Shown here: positions 12,950-26,198 of the stretch, one piece after another
Numbering within the stretch: position 1 is the stretch's first letter
Layout: the number at the start of each line of letters is the position of its first letter
Source: Octopus vulgaris
Lineage: Eukaryota
Direction of reading: 5' to 3'
Assembly (NCBI GenBank): GCA_951406725.2
Contig: OX597814.1
Location: forward strand, 212,350,001 to 212,414,000
DNA length: 64,000 nucleotides
The notes under the pieces: generated by a model
Seen by the model: only the letters and a program-made list of their open reading frames with translations
Database searches by the model: none
What the model was told of the DNA's origin: nothing
Translations under genes and position numbers: made by a program

Positions 12950-13497
12950 ATGCTCTGATGCAGTACATGCAGTATCTTTCATGGATTATCATCGTAAGTG
13001 ATTAGAAATGTTATCATGTACACTGTTTTGTTTTGGTATAAAAGATGGGCTACAGCAAATATTTTGCTCGGCACCACCGATTTGCTTGTCAGTTGTTTGA
13101 CCATAACCAGTGGATTATGTCATTTGGTGGCTGGTTATATGTACATCTCTTATCATTAGCAGATGTAGTAGAGGTGCATCATTGCCATGTGTTAAGAGAT
13201 ATTCTCTGAGGTTTGAATCATTCACTACTGGAAACAGCGTGTTTTGTTCAACATGTTGAAACAACCCTTATTCGGGGACCATTTTGAGTGGGACGAGTTA
13301 CTCGACGTGTAGAAAATTCTAACTGGGCCCCAAATGCAAGGTCATATACTGTTAACCTTGATATGAGATCACCAGGTTACGCACATATGGTTGTTATACA
13401 TGTGCATGGTGTACCCTTATCAGACAGGTAATCATGTTCGGGATACTGGGTTTAGTATATTTTACTGCAATGTCACTTCTATGGCATTCACGACTCA
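12950..13497 (+). mobile_element. Unclassified interspersed repeat (family B)
   Basis: Inverse homolog at 58310-58790 (shared GGTATAAAAGATGGGCTACAGCAAATATT..GTCAGTTGTTTGACC). Confidence 0.8.
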
Positions 13498-13539
13498 ATA
13501 ATAATAATAATAATACTATGTGATGTACGATTAAATGAC

Positions 13540-13900
13540 AAATTACTAGGAAAAATGTGCAAGTATGTGGACTATGGTGCGAGTGTCTGTCATCCCAGCA
13601 GTTTTGGGGGCACTCGAATTGTTAAGAAGCAAGTTCGTGAAATTTGTCAGAGAAGTCAGAATTGATGAGAGCAGAGCAAACACCAAAATTGCTATGTCGG
13701 GGACAGCTAGTATTTTGAGATTGGTACTTGAGTGCTGAACGTCTTCCACGATTAATAACATCCAATTATCAAAAATTGTAATGAGCGAAAAGAGACCCAG
13801 TGAGATCTCTGAAAACAGGCTGCTGTCCACTCTCACAGAATCAACGGAAGCAAACAGGAACGAGAGCTCCAAGAAGTTAAAAAGAAAAAAATAACAACAA
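13540..13900 (+). mobile_element. RLE-type LINE C-terminal fragment
   Basis: VSVIPAVLGALE and MSGTASILRLVLEC* resemble R4/Dong/NeSL C-termini; preceded by (AAT)n. Confidence 0.6.
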
Positions 13901-15729
13901 CAGCAGTACCAGCAACTACACAATGATAATCAAGCGTGTTGATAAAAATCGGCTGAGTGGAGCACTAAATGCTTTAAATCATTTAGTTTAGCTAGTTGAC
14001 GCTGGGATCCATTTTATATTTCATTTCCTCATAATCGATACAATAAATATCTCCGGAATTCGAGTTCGATTTAATCGATTGTAACATCTTCCAAATGTCT
14101 ATCAGAAATCAATAATGAATACAAAATATCTGCATTAAATTAGAGATCGCATTAAGGGCGTTTTTAAGATACGATTATCATATGGAGAATATATAGTTAA
14201 TAGAATTTTTTTAATGCTTAAATCGATGAAGTCACCGATTTTCTATCTATAATCTAAACCAATTTAAAGGGTGATTTATTGTTTGCCATATGTCGAGCAA
14301 TGCGACTAAATAGTAGGTGTATGCTATGTATTATCCTTTGCGCACTTTATAATTTAATACTTTTGAGTCTATATTATGAGATATCATGGTATATTTTTCT
14401 TCTTTAAACGATATTTGCAGAAGAATAATAGTTTAATGCACGAAAGATTTTAGCAGCCAAATACAGTACTTATTGTATATATTTATAAACATTTATATGT
14501 ACAAATACCTATCTGTTTTAATGGTGGTGTATCAGCATGTATCTTTTTTTTAGTAATGTGTGTTTGTATGTATGCGTGTAAGTGTATGCATTACAAATAC
14601 TAACTTCTCGTTTATATACTAAAATCCAGTGACTGAAGAAAGTCTAAAAACAGAGGTGAGGTGTCTGTTGATATTGCGGCAAATTTTGATTACGCTTGGT
14701 ACTTCACTGACTGCCATGACTTCTGATTTCATTGGCGACAACATATTAAATTAGTTGTTCTATAAAGAGATATTAATGTTTCAAGAGTTTGGGGGTTGAG
14801 ACAGAGCAAGCCTTAACTATAAAATTGAAATGAAAACGAAATGTTTGGACGTGACATCTCGTGCGCTATTCATTCAACACAAATTACCTTTTCTTTTGCA
14901 TTGTTTCTGAGAAGATAAAGAAGGGAAAGTACTCATTTAGTGTCGTCAAGAAACAGGTTATTAAAGAGGTGAACACATCAGAAACTTGAGGTTGTGTTAA
15001 GTAAGGATTGGGCAATAAATTTAACACAGCAAATAATAGGTGAGATACAGATAAGTGATGACTAGCTTGGAAAAGGGCTGTTGAATATATTATTTTCTCA
15101 CTTGCTTCGCAGTTAGAAATTCAACGTTAAATGTGATAAGGAGAACACATTTGTAAGTTAAAGGATCTAAGTGTTGTTCAGTGAGTTACTTAAATAGTAT
15201 TGGAGATATTTACCTGCAGAATTTCCTAACATTTTTTTCTTAGAGACAAACTAATATTCCGCTTACCAAGCCCCATCCCTCCGGGAGCATACAATATCCG
15301 TGCCTTAAGGCAATGAGATATGCGATGCTCTTTGGGCTATCGTTGAAGGAATGTGTAGCTTATCATTTTAGTCGCTTCGAGTATTCTAGGTGTAAGACTT
15401 TTTCAATTAATGCAATAAGGTACAATAATAGCCCCTTATAATGTACAAGTATTTAAGCTCGGCCATTACCGCAAATCACTTAAATCCTATTACAAACAAT
15501 TGAATACTATTACATATCATGCGTTCTGGAAAATTTGCGTAAAGGATTTCAGATAATTAGGAATTAGTTTCAACTTACTAAAGTTTTATGTTTCCTTCCA
15601 CATGATCCTATAGGTTTAGACATTTAGTAAATTAGAATCACAGGCGTACACATACATAATGCTCCTGATGTTTATAAGCCCATATGTCTTCACGTAAAAT
15701 CTAAGTATATATGTGCACTCAGTGAGAAC

Positions 15730-15800
<71 letters not shown>

Positions 15801-15801
<1 letters not shown>

Positions 15802-15911
15802 TAGAAGGTTTGGAGATGATGCTAGCACATGATTTATAAAAACATGTGACATATTGATAAATATCTCTAAATATAAAACCATCCTCATTTCTGAGTACCT
15901 TATTTCTTCTA
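15801..15911 (-). repeat. Microsatellite-flanked repeat end (family C)
   Basis: Inverse of 31545-31640 (GTACTCAGAAAT..GGATGGTTTTATATTTA..ATGTCACATGTTTTTATAAATCAT). Confidence 0.7.
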
Positions 15912-16239
15912 ATATATATATGTGTGTGTATGTGTGTGTGTGCACATATATATATATGCATATATGTATATCTTACAGATAAGAGGAAAAAATCTATCAG
16001 AAAGGAACTCTAATCTCTTGATAAGCATAACAAATGCGCAACCGGTAAAAAGAACTTTCACCTAATTAAATTACTTAAATTACTTAAATTATTTTGTCAG
16101 CATTTTCTTCATTTCTTTTTTTATATATCACAACTCGTGTTCCACATCTCCTCTTTTAAATATATATATATCCATACATATATGCATATATATATGCATG
16201 TGTATACGCATATATATGCATATGTGTGTGTGTGTGTAG

Positions 16240-16242
16240 ATG

Positions 16243-16277
<35 letters not shown>

Positions 16278-16340
16278 TGATTGATTGATTGATTTATTGA
16301 TTGATTGAATGATTGATTGATAGACTGATAGATAGATAAA
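16240..16340. repeat. (GATA)n/(GATT)n microsatellite
   Basis: Tetranucleotide runs. Confidence 0.9.
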
Positions 16341-17205
16341 TCTCCGTGAATTGCAATGTTTATATTGGTGCTAACACATTTTTTTCTTAGCTTTCTGAAA
16401 GTAGAAAAAGGATTGTTGTTGTTTTTATTTATTTATTCTTTAGTTACTCTAGGTTATATTTTCGGGGCTAGCAAGAAATCTACTTTACAAAAAAATATTG
16501 CCGGAATTAAAATTAAATATAACATCAACTATAGGAGGAATGGAATTTGAAACTTCATATTTTAAACTAATTTGCCTCCTTAAAAATTTTTAAGTATTAA
16601 TCATTAATCGATTGAATGAAATCTTCCAATAAATTGTTTATCAGAATTTTGCAGAACATGATAATATTTACTCTCTACGGAGTTATTACCCGAGTAAAAC
16701 ATTTGCTGCCTTAGCAAAATATTTAAACGAAGCTGATAGAAAAATATTAAAATGAAATCAAGACTCCTCGGAAATCTTACTGAATAATGTATGATTCTGA
16801 AAATGAAACATTGAAAACGCATAGAGAAGTTGCCAACTTATTGTTCAATAATTCTATTCAGAATGTATTCGTCATACAGACATTGTCATTCTCCTTTATA
16901 TGTAACTGAAATAATAATCACTTGCAATTTTACTTCGATACTGAATTCGAAATTAGTAGAATAAGTAGCCAGGCATGAATTACTGACTTGAGGAACATAA
17001 ATTCCCTCAGATTTGCATATTCTTTTGCAACAAATAATATGTGTATATTTAAACAAGGCTGACTCACATTTTCACAAAACATATATCATAGTAAATTTTA
17101 TCCTGAAGGGAATATCCATAAACAGATCTGTGCATACAATGTATGCACACACATATACACTTCGAAAAACGCACTCGCGTGCGCGCACTTGTTCGTGTAC
17201 ATACG

Positions 17206-17277
<72 letters not shown>

Positions 17278-17297
17278 TATATAGATATATAGATATA

Positions 17298-17334
<37 letters not shown>

Positions 17335-17593
17335 ATGTGTATGTATATATATATATAAGAGTGCATATGAGATTTGCATATGTATTAGCATTATTTAGCT
17401 ATCAGCTACAACCAGTTCTGTTTTTACCTACTGCTTACATGAATACTTTCTTATCTACAAGCTTCCCTCTTCCAGCTATATATAAGTCTCTTTAATCGTC
17501 CTTCTCTTCTCTCTCAATTTCTCACTTTTACACTCTGTCTGCCTTTTGTTATCTCTCACTCACGCTCCCAGCGATATTATTTATATATATATA

Positions 17594-17800
17594 TAATTAA
17601 TCCAAACAAGAAAGCACAAAAAAACACAACAACGTGAGGACGTGGAACAAATATAGTATTATTGGACGCTCAGGAAAGAAGGAAAGAAGGAGAGTTTAAC
17701 GTTTCGAGCGGAGCTCTTCGTCGAAAACATAGGGGGAGGAAAGATCCAGAGAAGGGAAGACAGAGGAAAAAGGAATCGCCAACGGTACACACGCGGTAAC
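17594..17800 (-). mobile_element. PLE-like terminal fragment with minimal HHR-like motif
   Basis: Minus-strand TCGACGA-A-GAGC-TCC-GCTC-GAAA-CGTTA (17696-17725); abuts (TA)n via TAATTAATC, like the adjacent array. Confidence 0.55.
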
Positions 17801-17802
17801 AC

Positions 17803-17870
<68 letters not shown>

Positions 17871-18091
17871 TCAATATAGGTGGCAAAAAAAATTTTGTAG
17901 AATTCTTTTGCCACCAGCGGCCTAGTGGGAAAAAATTAAATAGTCATAGACCATTTTTAAGTTCAACATCAACAATCAAGGAACGGCCATAATAGGCCAT
18001 TCACCTACTAGAAATAACAGCCAAAGCTTCAACCGCAAATAAAAATTAATTCCGTAAACCAGGAGAAAATTTAAAAAACATTTACCTTGTA

Positions 18092-18198
18092 ATTTCTTAT
18101 ACGATATACCGTTTCATCTCCTGATTAATGGTAAACTAACCTGATTAAATTAAATCAAGCCAATCTTCCAAAGGCCCTCAGATTCTTCAGTAAGAAAT
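18092..18198 (-). ncRNA. Type I hammerhead ribozyme (H1 copy 1)
   Basis: ATTTCTTA-CTGAAGA-ATCT..AGAT-GAAA-CGGTATATCG-TA-TAAGAAAT; one distal stem II mismatch. Confidence 0.85.
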
Positions 18199-18583
18199 AG
18201 CCCAAGTCGGAACAGATATTTTCACGAGGCAAATCCGACCTTGCCAAGGTTATATCTGACCTAAAATCTTCAAATCGTCGCACTCGCGTCAAATTTATCG
18301 GCAGCAAATAAATATAAGCCGTCGATTCCATTACGGAATTAACCAGAAAATTCATAATTAATCAATATAGGGTGGCAAAAAAAATTTTGTAGAATTCTTT
18401 TGCCACCAGCGGCCTAGTGGGAAAAAATTAAATAGTCATAGACCATTTTTAAGTTCAACATCAACAATCAAGGAACGGCCATAATAGGCCATTCACCCAC
18501 TAGAAATAACAGCCAAAGCTTCAACCGCAAATAAAAATTAATTCCGTAAACCAGGAGAAAATTTAAAAAACATTTACCTTGTA

Positions 18584-18690
18584 ATTTCTTATACGATATA
18601 CCGTTTCATCTGCTGATTAATGGTAAACTAACCTGATTAAATTAAATCAAGCCAATCTTCCAAAGGCCCTCAGATTCTTCAGTAAGAAAT
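18584..18690 (-). ncRNA. Type I hammerhead ribozyme (H1 copy 2)
   Basis: 8-bp stem I, CUGAAGA, stem II ATCTG/CAGAT, GAAA, near-palindromic stem III, GUA cleavage triplet. Confidence 0.88.
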
Positions 18691-18820
18691 AGCCCAAGTC
18701 GGAACAGATATTTTCACGAAATTTACGGAATTAATTTTTATTTGCGGTTGAAGCTTTGGCTGTTATTTCTAGTGGGTGAATGGCCTATTATGGCCGTTCC
18801 TTGATTGTTGATGTTGAACT

Positions 18821-18927
18821 ATTTCTTACTGAAGAATCTGAGGGCCTTTGGAAGATTGGCTTGATTTAATTTAATCAGGTTAGTTTACCATTAATCAGCA
18901 GATGAAACGGTATATCGTATAAGAAAT
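18821..18927 (+). ncRNA. Type I hammerhead ribozyme (H1 copy 3)
   Basis: Same intact core; predicted cut after 18919. Confidence 0.88.
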
Positions 18928-19059
18928 TACAAGGTAAATGTTTTTTAAATTTTCTCCTGGTTTACGGAATTAATTTTTATTTGCGGTTGAAGCTTTGGCT
19001 GTTATTTCTAGTGGGTGAATGGCCTATTATGGCCGTTCCTTGATTGTTGATGTTGAACT

Positions 19060-19166
19060 ATTTCTTACTGAAGAATCTGAGGGCCTTTGGAAGATTGGCT
19101 TGATTTAATTTAATCAGGTTAGTTTACCATTAATCAGCAGATGAAACGGTATATCGTATAAGAAAT
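19060..19166 (+). ncRNA. Type I hammerhead ribozyme (H1 copy 4)
   Basis: Same intact core; predicted cut after 19158. Confidence 0.88.
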
Positions 19167-19286
19167 TACAAGGTAAATGTTTTTTAAATTTTCTCCTGGT
19201 TTACGGAATTAATTTTTATTTGCGGTTGAAGCTTTGGCTGTTATTTCTAGTGGGTGAATGGCCTATTATGGCCGTTCCTTGATTGT

Positions 19287-19339
<53 letters not shown>

Positions 19340-19348
19340 TAGATAGAT

Positions 19349-19407
<59 letters not shown>

Positions 19408-19709
19408 TACACATATATATATATATGTTTGGGTTTGTACTGGTGTACTGGTTTCATCCATTGCTGTGCGAGGAAACTGCTGAACTACTGCTCTACATTT
19501 AATGCTTCTAGACAATAATACCGTCCATATTGCACAATTACGCCTAATGCATAATTTATCGAAATCTATTTGGCGAGCCACTAGTATACGATAAAAAGAA
19601 GTGCTATAACATGAACAATTCAGGATTCTAACATAATTCCCATAAACACAGAGCTGTGTGTACCTACAGACATTTACATACATATATATATATACACTGC
19701 GCTTCAAAT

Positions 19710-19892
19710 GATTAACGACAAGAATCTATGCACGGTGATCGTTCACCACGAGGGGCTGCATGCACTCCTACATTTCCTTGACCTTCGACCCAACCTCCAA
19801 CCCCCAACATGACACATCCACACTCATTCGTCTGGCCGAAATTGTGCTCTTGAAACTTAACTGTTTCTCACTTGCGGGTGAGTTTTACCAGA
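19710..19892 (+). mobile_element. PLE reverse transcriptase fragment (Neptune-like)
   Basis: [23 protein letters not shown] then (frameshift) DTSTLIRLAEIVLLKLNCFSLAGEFYQ, matching PLE RT SLYTxIPHxEG..TLxRLAExVL..NxFxF. Confidence 0.7.
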
Positions 19893-21569
19893 ATGAATTC
19901 TTGATGTGTACATGTTTTCAAAGCGTTGAAATGTATTGTAGAACAAGAAGAAAAATAAATTTCATTCGACGCGTAGATACTGAGCAGTATATATATAAAG
20001 GATAAAATCCTTCTTTGTTTCCTAAAAGTAGAAAAAATGTCTGCTTTTTCAGCTTTTAGAAAAAAACTCTCGAGCGCTAATGAAACTTATTCAACAAAAA
20101 ACAAACAACAAAAGTTGGGCAGATCCAATATTCTTTACTGGTTGAAAAATATCAAAATCATTAAGACACTACGTTAAGAAACGAAAATTGTAACCAAACA
20201 CGTGTGCTAGAAGCCGTAGTTATTCGAAAAACAATTGGCTGCAAATCTAGAGATAAATTAGGCTTCAAATAGCAGAAATTTTGTCTACAGACAAAAGACC
20301 TTGAGAACCCCGAAGCCGATTCGATAACTGTCGTCAAATGTTAAGAATTGCATTGAATATTTCAGCAATCTTCTAAAACATAGATTCTCGCCGACAAAAT
20401 AATGGATATTTACAAATGAAACAGCGCCACGCAAAAAATATTTTTACTAATGCCATTATCGGAAAACATGAGAAAATTACTATACAGCTCACAATTAAAT
20501 AAACCTTAAATCAAAGGAGCCAGATACTCTCCTAAACATATAAGCAATGAGGATAGAATGAAAACGTGCGCTCTATATCACACTTTCTTTCCAGCCCCAG
20601 TTATTTCCATCTAATAGCAAGAAAGGCATACTTTGTAAATGTATCATTGATGTCGTCATGTATGATATCAGTAAGGTGATCGAATAAGCATAATAGGATT
20701 ATAAAAGAGCAATCATTAAATAGTTGCGTGAAATCGAGACAAGAGAAAGCAGGGGTCTCAGAATAATATCTTACATTTCGTCCCATCAGACTTTCTAAAT
20801 ACCCAAGATAATGGGAGCCGAATCCCTAGAATCAGCAATATTAATATCAGAACCGATTCGCAACGCTAGGAGTCATACTTGTAAAAATGGAAAGCTGCTC
20901 TAGTTTGTGTCTGTAGATATCATACGAAAGTCACTCCTCATAATTCGGTCCTGTACAGAGGAGATATGTCAGAAAATCCATAGAGATAACTCTAGAACAT
21001 TCCCATTAGCAGCAGCTCACACGAAGACCTATTTTGGCGTTGGCGTTCACAATTTGTACAGCAAAGGAAACGTTTATATCTTTAGAAGCACCTATCACTT
21101 TCATCTGGAATGAAAAATCTAGCTGCAGGCAGCTTCAGAAAGGAATATAAAGATTGAATGAGACTATTATAACGAGGTACTAGTAAGTTGTGGTTACACT
21201 AGGAAGTACGCGTATACGGAATATTCTTCCACCGTCCTTTCAAAGCACGCGGGTGAGAAAATATCATTGAAGCTCTACCACATGGAAGCTATGCACCAAC
21301 TCAAAATACATCCTGTAGCCTAATTTTAAGATATCACGCTCAGGTGTACGGGCGTAGCAAGCAATGACATCAAGTATAGATTCTGGTATCATGTATCTTT
21401 CAGGTGCAAGGACGCAGAATACTTCACCAACCTGAACTCGCTATCTAAATGAAAACACATGAAGTATCATTGAAAGATGCAATCGATTGATTAAATTTGA
21501 TCTATAGTATTGATTAACCCAGGAGCACACAATTACCCAAAAGCCAAAGTAAACATTATACGTTAAACC

Positions 21570-22000
21570 AAATGCCATGATTGATAACGATCATTCCAAG
21601 TCAATCAGGTTCATTGTCAGGGACATCGGAGTGTTTGTGCTTGTTAGCAGACAGATAGTGTATGACGACATTCGGTAGTGATCATACAAGATGAGATAGG
21701 ATCAATTTTTGTCCCAATCCATCAAAGACAAGAGGAAAGACCGCGCCACGAAGCTTTTAAACAGACTCAAGCATCCCCGCCAATCAAACATGTTTGGGTT
21801 TTTTCTGTGTCGAGAAAAATGTTTACCAGGATCAGATGGTGAATACACAGAACAACTGTTGGCTTGCCGTGTCCCCAAAACATGTATCGAGAGTGACAAA
21901 AATAAAGCATCCAGTCAACATCATGGTGTTTGGAGAGATCACAAGTGATGGCGACATTATGCCACCATTCATGCCACCATTCATCATATCTCTGGAAATT
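21570..22000 (+). mobile_element. maT/DD37D-like Tc1-mariner transposase fragment
   Basis: FFCVEKNVYQDQMVNTQNNCWLA..KHPVNIMVFGEITSDGDIMPPF. Confidence 0.75.
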
Positions 22001-22920
22001 CATATGTGCACTATGGATTGGGTCACCTTCTCTGTGATGCTATTAAGACTTTTTTTAAAATTCTGTGATAAGACTGTACATCATCTTTAAAGAACTTGAA
22101 TGAACTTTTGAAATCTGTTTATGTTACTTAATTATCTACATTACTTCATGAGTATAGCCTCAACCACTAGGATGTCTAGAGAACTCACATGTATTTTAGC
22201 TGATGAGTACGGGACACGTTTATATGCTGTAATTTTTGCAACTTTTAATAAAACCTGTCCTTGTATGAAACGATTGTACTAAAAACCTATCCATTCTTGT
22301 TGCTTCATATATATATATATATACATATAAATGAATATATATATATACATATATATATATACATATAAATGAATATCACTATGGTTTCGACACATGGGCA
22401 CTACCATTCAATCCAAAAGTGTAGGCAATGTTAAAAACATAAACCCATTCTAGGAATCTGCCAGTTATTACCACCAGTAATAACGTCACAAAAAAAAAAC
22501 AAATATTAACTTAATCACACAATAGAAATCATAGAACAAATAAGGTATTCGAGAGGGGCATTTACATAATACAGACATAGACGACAAAGATATAATGTTT
22601 CCTTCTCTCCATCACAACACAAACTTTATATCATACCAATAAGCAAGCCTTATAAAGGCAGGTGTAACAGTGTGTCACATAATCAGCGACCTTGAATAAT
22701 GTACAAGAAAAAGAACAAGCTTAGATCAATATATATGAAGTATGCTCAATATTCGTTTCTGCTCTAGGCTTCTTTCTTTGTTTGAAAAAAAAGCACGTTT
22801 TCCATGTTTTTGCTTTTACGTTCTCGTTTCTCATTTTGTTCACGTTTTTTAACGTCCTGTACCCATATATGCATCTATATATACGTATGTATGTAGGTGT
22901 GTTCATATGTGCGTGTATGC

Positions 22921-22962
<42 letters not shown>

Positions 22963-23027
22963 TATATTATTATAGGATCGAATGCCAGGCATCCATTTCC
23001 AAGTAAGTTATATATATATACACACGC

Positions 23028-23385
23028 ACTAGCAATGAATCCCGGAGTTGCCCGGGTGTTATGACCTAGAAGAACATTGAATTATTTGGTGCTTTGTTAT
23101 GTGCAGAATTGGTATAACTGATATACAGTTAATGGAATAATGTAAGTTATTTTTTGTTTAATATTAAAGGGTGAGTGTACTATTTGCATGGGTCTGCATG
23201 AAATTGCTTTCTATTCTTAAGAAAGATCAGAAACTATGTGTTGTTTCATCATATGAAAGGTCCTTGATACGATTTTGAGCAGAAATCAATATTTTTAAAA
23301 TCCCCACCACAGTGTCTTAATTTGTAACTGTTATAATTTTCTTTTTGTTATCTACGTGCAAATATACAGATTACGAATCTGGGAT
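23028..23385 (-). mobile_element. Non-autonomous Helitron 3' end
   Basis: Minus strand ends CCCGGGCAACTCCGGG hairpin + 8 nt + CTAGT; 5' extent uncertain. Confidence 0.7.
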
Positions 23386-23386
23386 A

Positions 23387-23442
<56 letters not shown>

Positions 23443-23444
23443 TG

Positions 23445-23524
<80 letters not shown>

Positions 23525-23525
23525 T
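23385..23525. repeat. (TA)n + (GATA)n microsatellite
   Basis: Simple repeats. Confidence 0.95.
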
Positions 23526-24137
23526 ACAATGGAGGTGAACACATTTCTCCATGTGATCGTCTTGAAAAGTTGTTAAGAGACTTGGATATTTTTCTGCTTT
23601 TCTGAACAAGAAACCAATGGTTGCATTAATTCACAAATAAAGAAATTATATCCACCAATGTGTTGTTGAGCACTTACCATTTTCCTCGTTCAACATTTAT
23701 GTATATGTACATATATATATATACATACTTCTGTTTGACGCGTTGTCTCATAATTCTGTATATAGTATATTTAACAATAATTGACTAGCTCTAAGGGTTA
23801 CGTAAGAACTTATGGCATAATCACACAGCTTTCGTCAATTTCATTTGATATGCATAGTGCAGCAATCAATATAATGCATCATATATTATATTCACTTCAT
23901 TTCAGATTTTGGTGCCATTAAGTTAATTAAAGTACGTATGGTCAATTATATTTCAATATTAAGTTCTATACGTGATTTCCATTTCATGAATTATAATTTT
24001 GTATGGTTATGAGAATATTATGCGAGAATTGCATAACACGTCATATTTCTTTGATTCTGGTTTCTGTGAAAACTATTAGGAAATATGAGACTAGATAAAA
24101 TTAAAGTAGTGTTACTCACTGTATCGTATAGGAAGAT

Positions 24138-25281
24138 ATTGTGTTGGCCAAATAGTCCGTTCGGTTATTGTTCACACTAAGTCTCATGCAATTCTAAGAT
24201 GTATCTAACGTCAGTCTATCTCTCACACGTGTGCACACATTAAATACTTGATTATCAGTGTAGTTCGAGAGGCATTTGCGGCGAGACATGAATTGTCTGT
24301 AATTGAGACTAAATTGAAATTAGGCAAACAAAACAAACATTATCGCCATATCATGCTTTCTTTTACTTTTAAAAAGGCAAGAAAGCAGCAGGAACCTGCT
24401 GGAGATATGTACTATGTACAGGGAAGTGTTAATGAGTGTGTAACCGAAATGTTCTTTCAAGATTTCGGTGGAAAATTTCTTCTGTTCAGGATACGCCTCG
24501 CACTGGCCATTCAACTGAGATTAACGTCACCAATCCCCAGTATACGACCAACTTGATCACCGATATTCCCTGAATATTCATACTGTGTGTTTAAATCCAT
24601 CTTCATTTCATGAAGTTGGTTACGTCAGCAAGCTTTATCTTTTGGTTTCACATCAGTTGAATGCGCTTAGTGTCACTCAACGTATTTCTACTTATAATTT
24701 GTTGCATTAATATGAAGAAAACAAGCTTTTTTGAAGAGAATCGTGATAGACGAGATAAAATGTATTGTTTATATTACAAGAATCGAAAACAATAATGGGG
24801 GAAATCAGCGAACCACCACAAGCAAGTCCCAATGTGGGACATCACCGGAAGGTCACACTTTCAATTTGGTGGGATTGGGAGGGTGTTTTCTATTATGTGC
24901 TCCTTCTGAAGAACACGGCATTTAGTTCAAACGCTTACTTCTACCAGCTGGAGAAATTTAATGATGTGGTCCACCAAAAGATACCAGGGAATGCTGATTA
25001 TAAGAGCACTGTTTTTCTTCACAAGAACGCCAACTGCACATTTCTTTGCAAAGCGACAGAAGTTAACAGGGTCTTGACAGTTTGTCACACCTAGCAGGGA
25101 TTTTAGCAGGGATTAATGGCTCTGCTAACAAGATGGCAGAAGATACTTAAACGAAACGATAATTATAGCATTGAGTGTATAAACCACTAATGTGATTGTT
25201 TACATTGTGATTGTATACATTGCTTTTTACAACTAGTGTTTTCACTTAAAAAGCAGAACGGGCTGTTTGGCTACCACACGA
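24138..25281 (+). mobile_element. mariner (DD34D-type) transposon fossil with TIRs
   Basis: LKRIVID..KCIVY, HRKVTLSIWWDWEGVFYYVLL, VFLHKNA; imperfect TIRs GTGTTGGCCAAATAGTCCGTTC / GAACGGGCTGTTTGGCTACCAC. Confidence 0.85.
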
Positions 25282-26158
25282 CTAGATGGAGTAAAAGGGG
25301 CCAAAAAATTATTATAATCTGATAGAAATTATTTTAGCCGATGAAATCGAGAAAATCATGATAGTAGGTATAGATCAATACATTTTTGGTTGTTTTCCCT
25401 GGTACAATGAAAAATTTGACCCTGGTTTTATTTTTACTAATAGAGTACTATGTTTCGTCTAATTTCAAAATAATAATTGTGTAGAAAATCCTAATGGTGG
25501 GCATAAGAAGCGTCCTTTGTATTAACGACTTGAGAAATAGAGCGATGGAATAAAATCCAGCAACATTAAGAAACATACAGTCTGTTTTCTCAGTCGTTTC
25601 CACAGAGCAACGATTACACGTTTGGTAGAGTTCTTTTTGGGGGTTCTTTTATGTAACTGATTCTCAGACATAGGACGAGAAGAGAAATCGAACCCAGTAC
25701 TTGATAGATACGTTAACTATCAAGCCTAAAGAATAAAATGGAATTCATGACTCTGTACGTTTTGTACTTAGGAAGCTAGAACAAATACCACAAATAATTC
25801 AATAATTCTGAAAGCTATTGTAGCATGTTTTTTTTTCCTACAGGCTGTGATTTAAAGTATGGGATGTAAAGAACAGTGCTATATTTAATTAGAAAAATTC
25901 CACATGAAAGTATAAAATTACTCAGTTTCAAGTTATCCCAAAGTTGGTGATGCTGAACATGTAATGTATCAGACTGCATTCCTTTCGATTTTCCGTGCGG
26001 ATAATCCGCGTTGTAGACCGAAAATTTTGAGATACGTCGAATATCTCACTCGTATTATATACGGTACTTGAATATCACTACTGTGCTTAAAAAACCTGGC
26101 AAAAAAAAAGGTATCAATAAAATAAAAGATCCTTACTCTAAGTTACTTGTTGGATGAG

Positions 26159-26198
<40 letters not shown>

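Larger units (their letters stand above)
17864..19290. mobile_element. Hammerhead-bearing tandem/inverted array, locus 1 (retrozyme-like or non-autonomous PLE, family H1)
   Basis: ~492-nt unit x1.7 (17864-18719), then inverted 239-nt unit x2.4 (18722-19290); (TA)n on both sides; four HHRs. Confidence 0.9.

Noticed and set aside
18155-18355. 66-aa ORF conserved in three H1 copies (also 40958-41158 and 41388-41588)
   Set aside because: Persistence is explained by high nucleotide identity; several differences are non-synonymous, it runs into the HHR and shows no recognisable domain
20030-21460. Possible decayed retroelement coding sequence
   Set aside because: Composition is suggestive but I could not read any diagnostic motif
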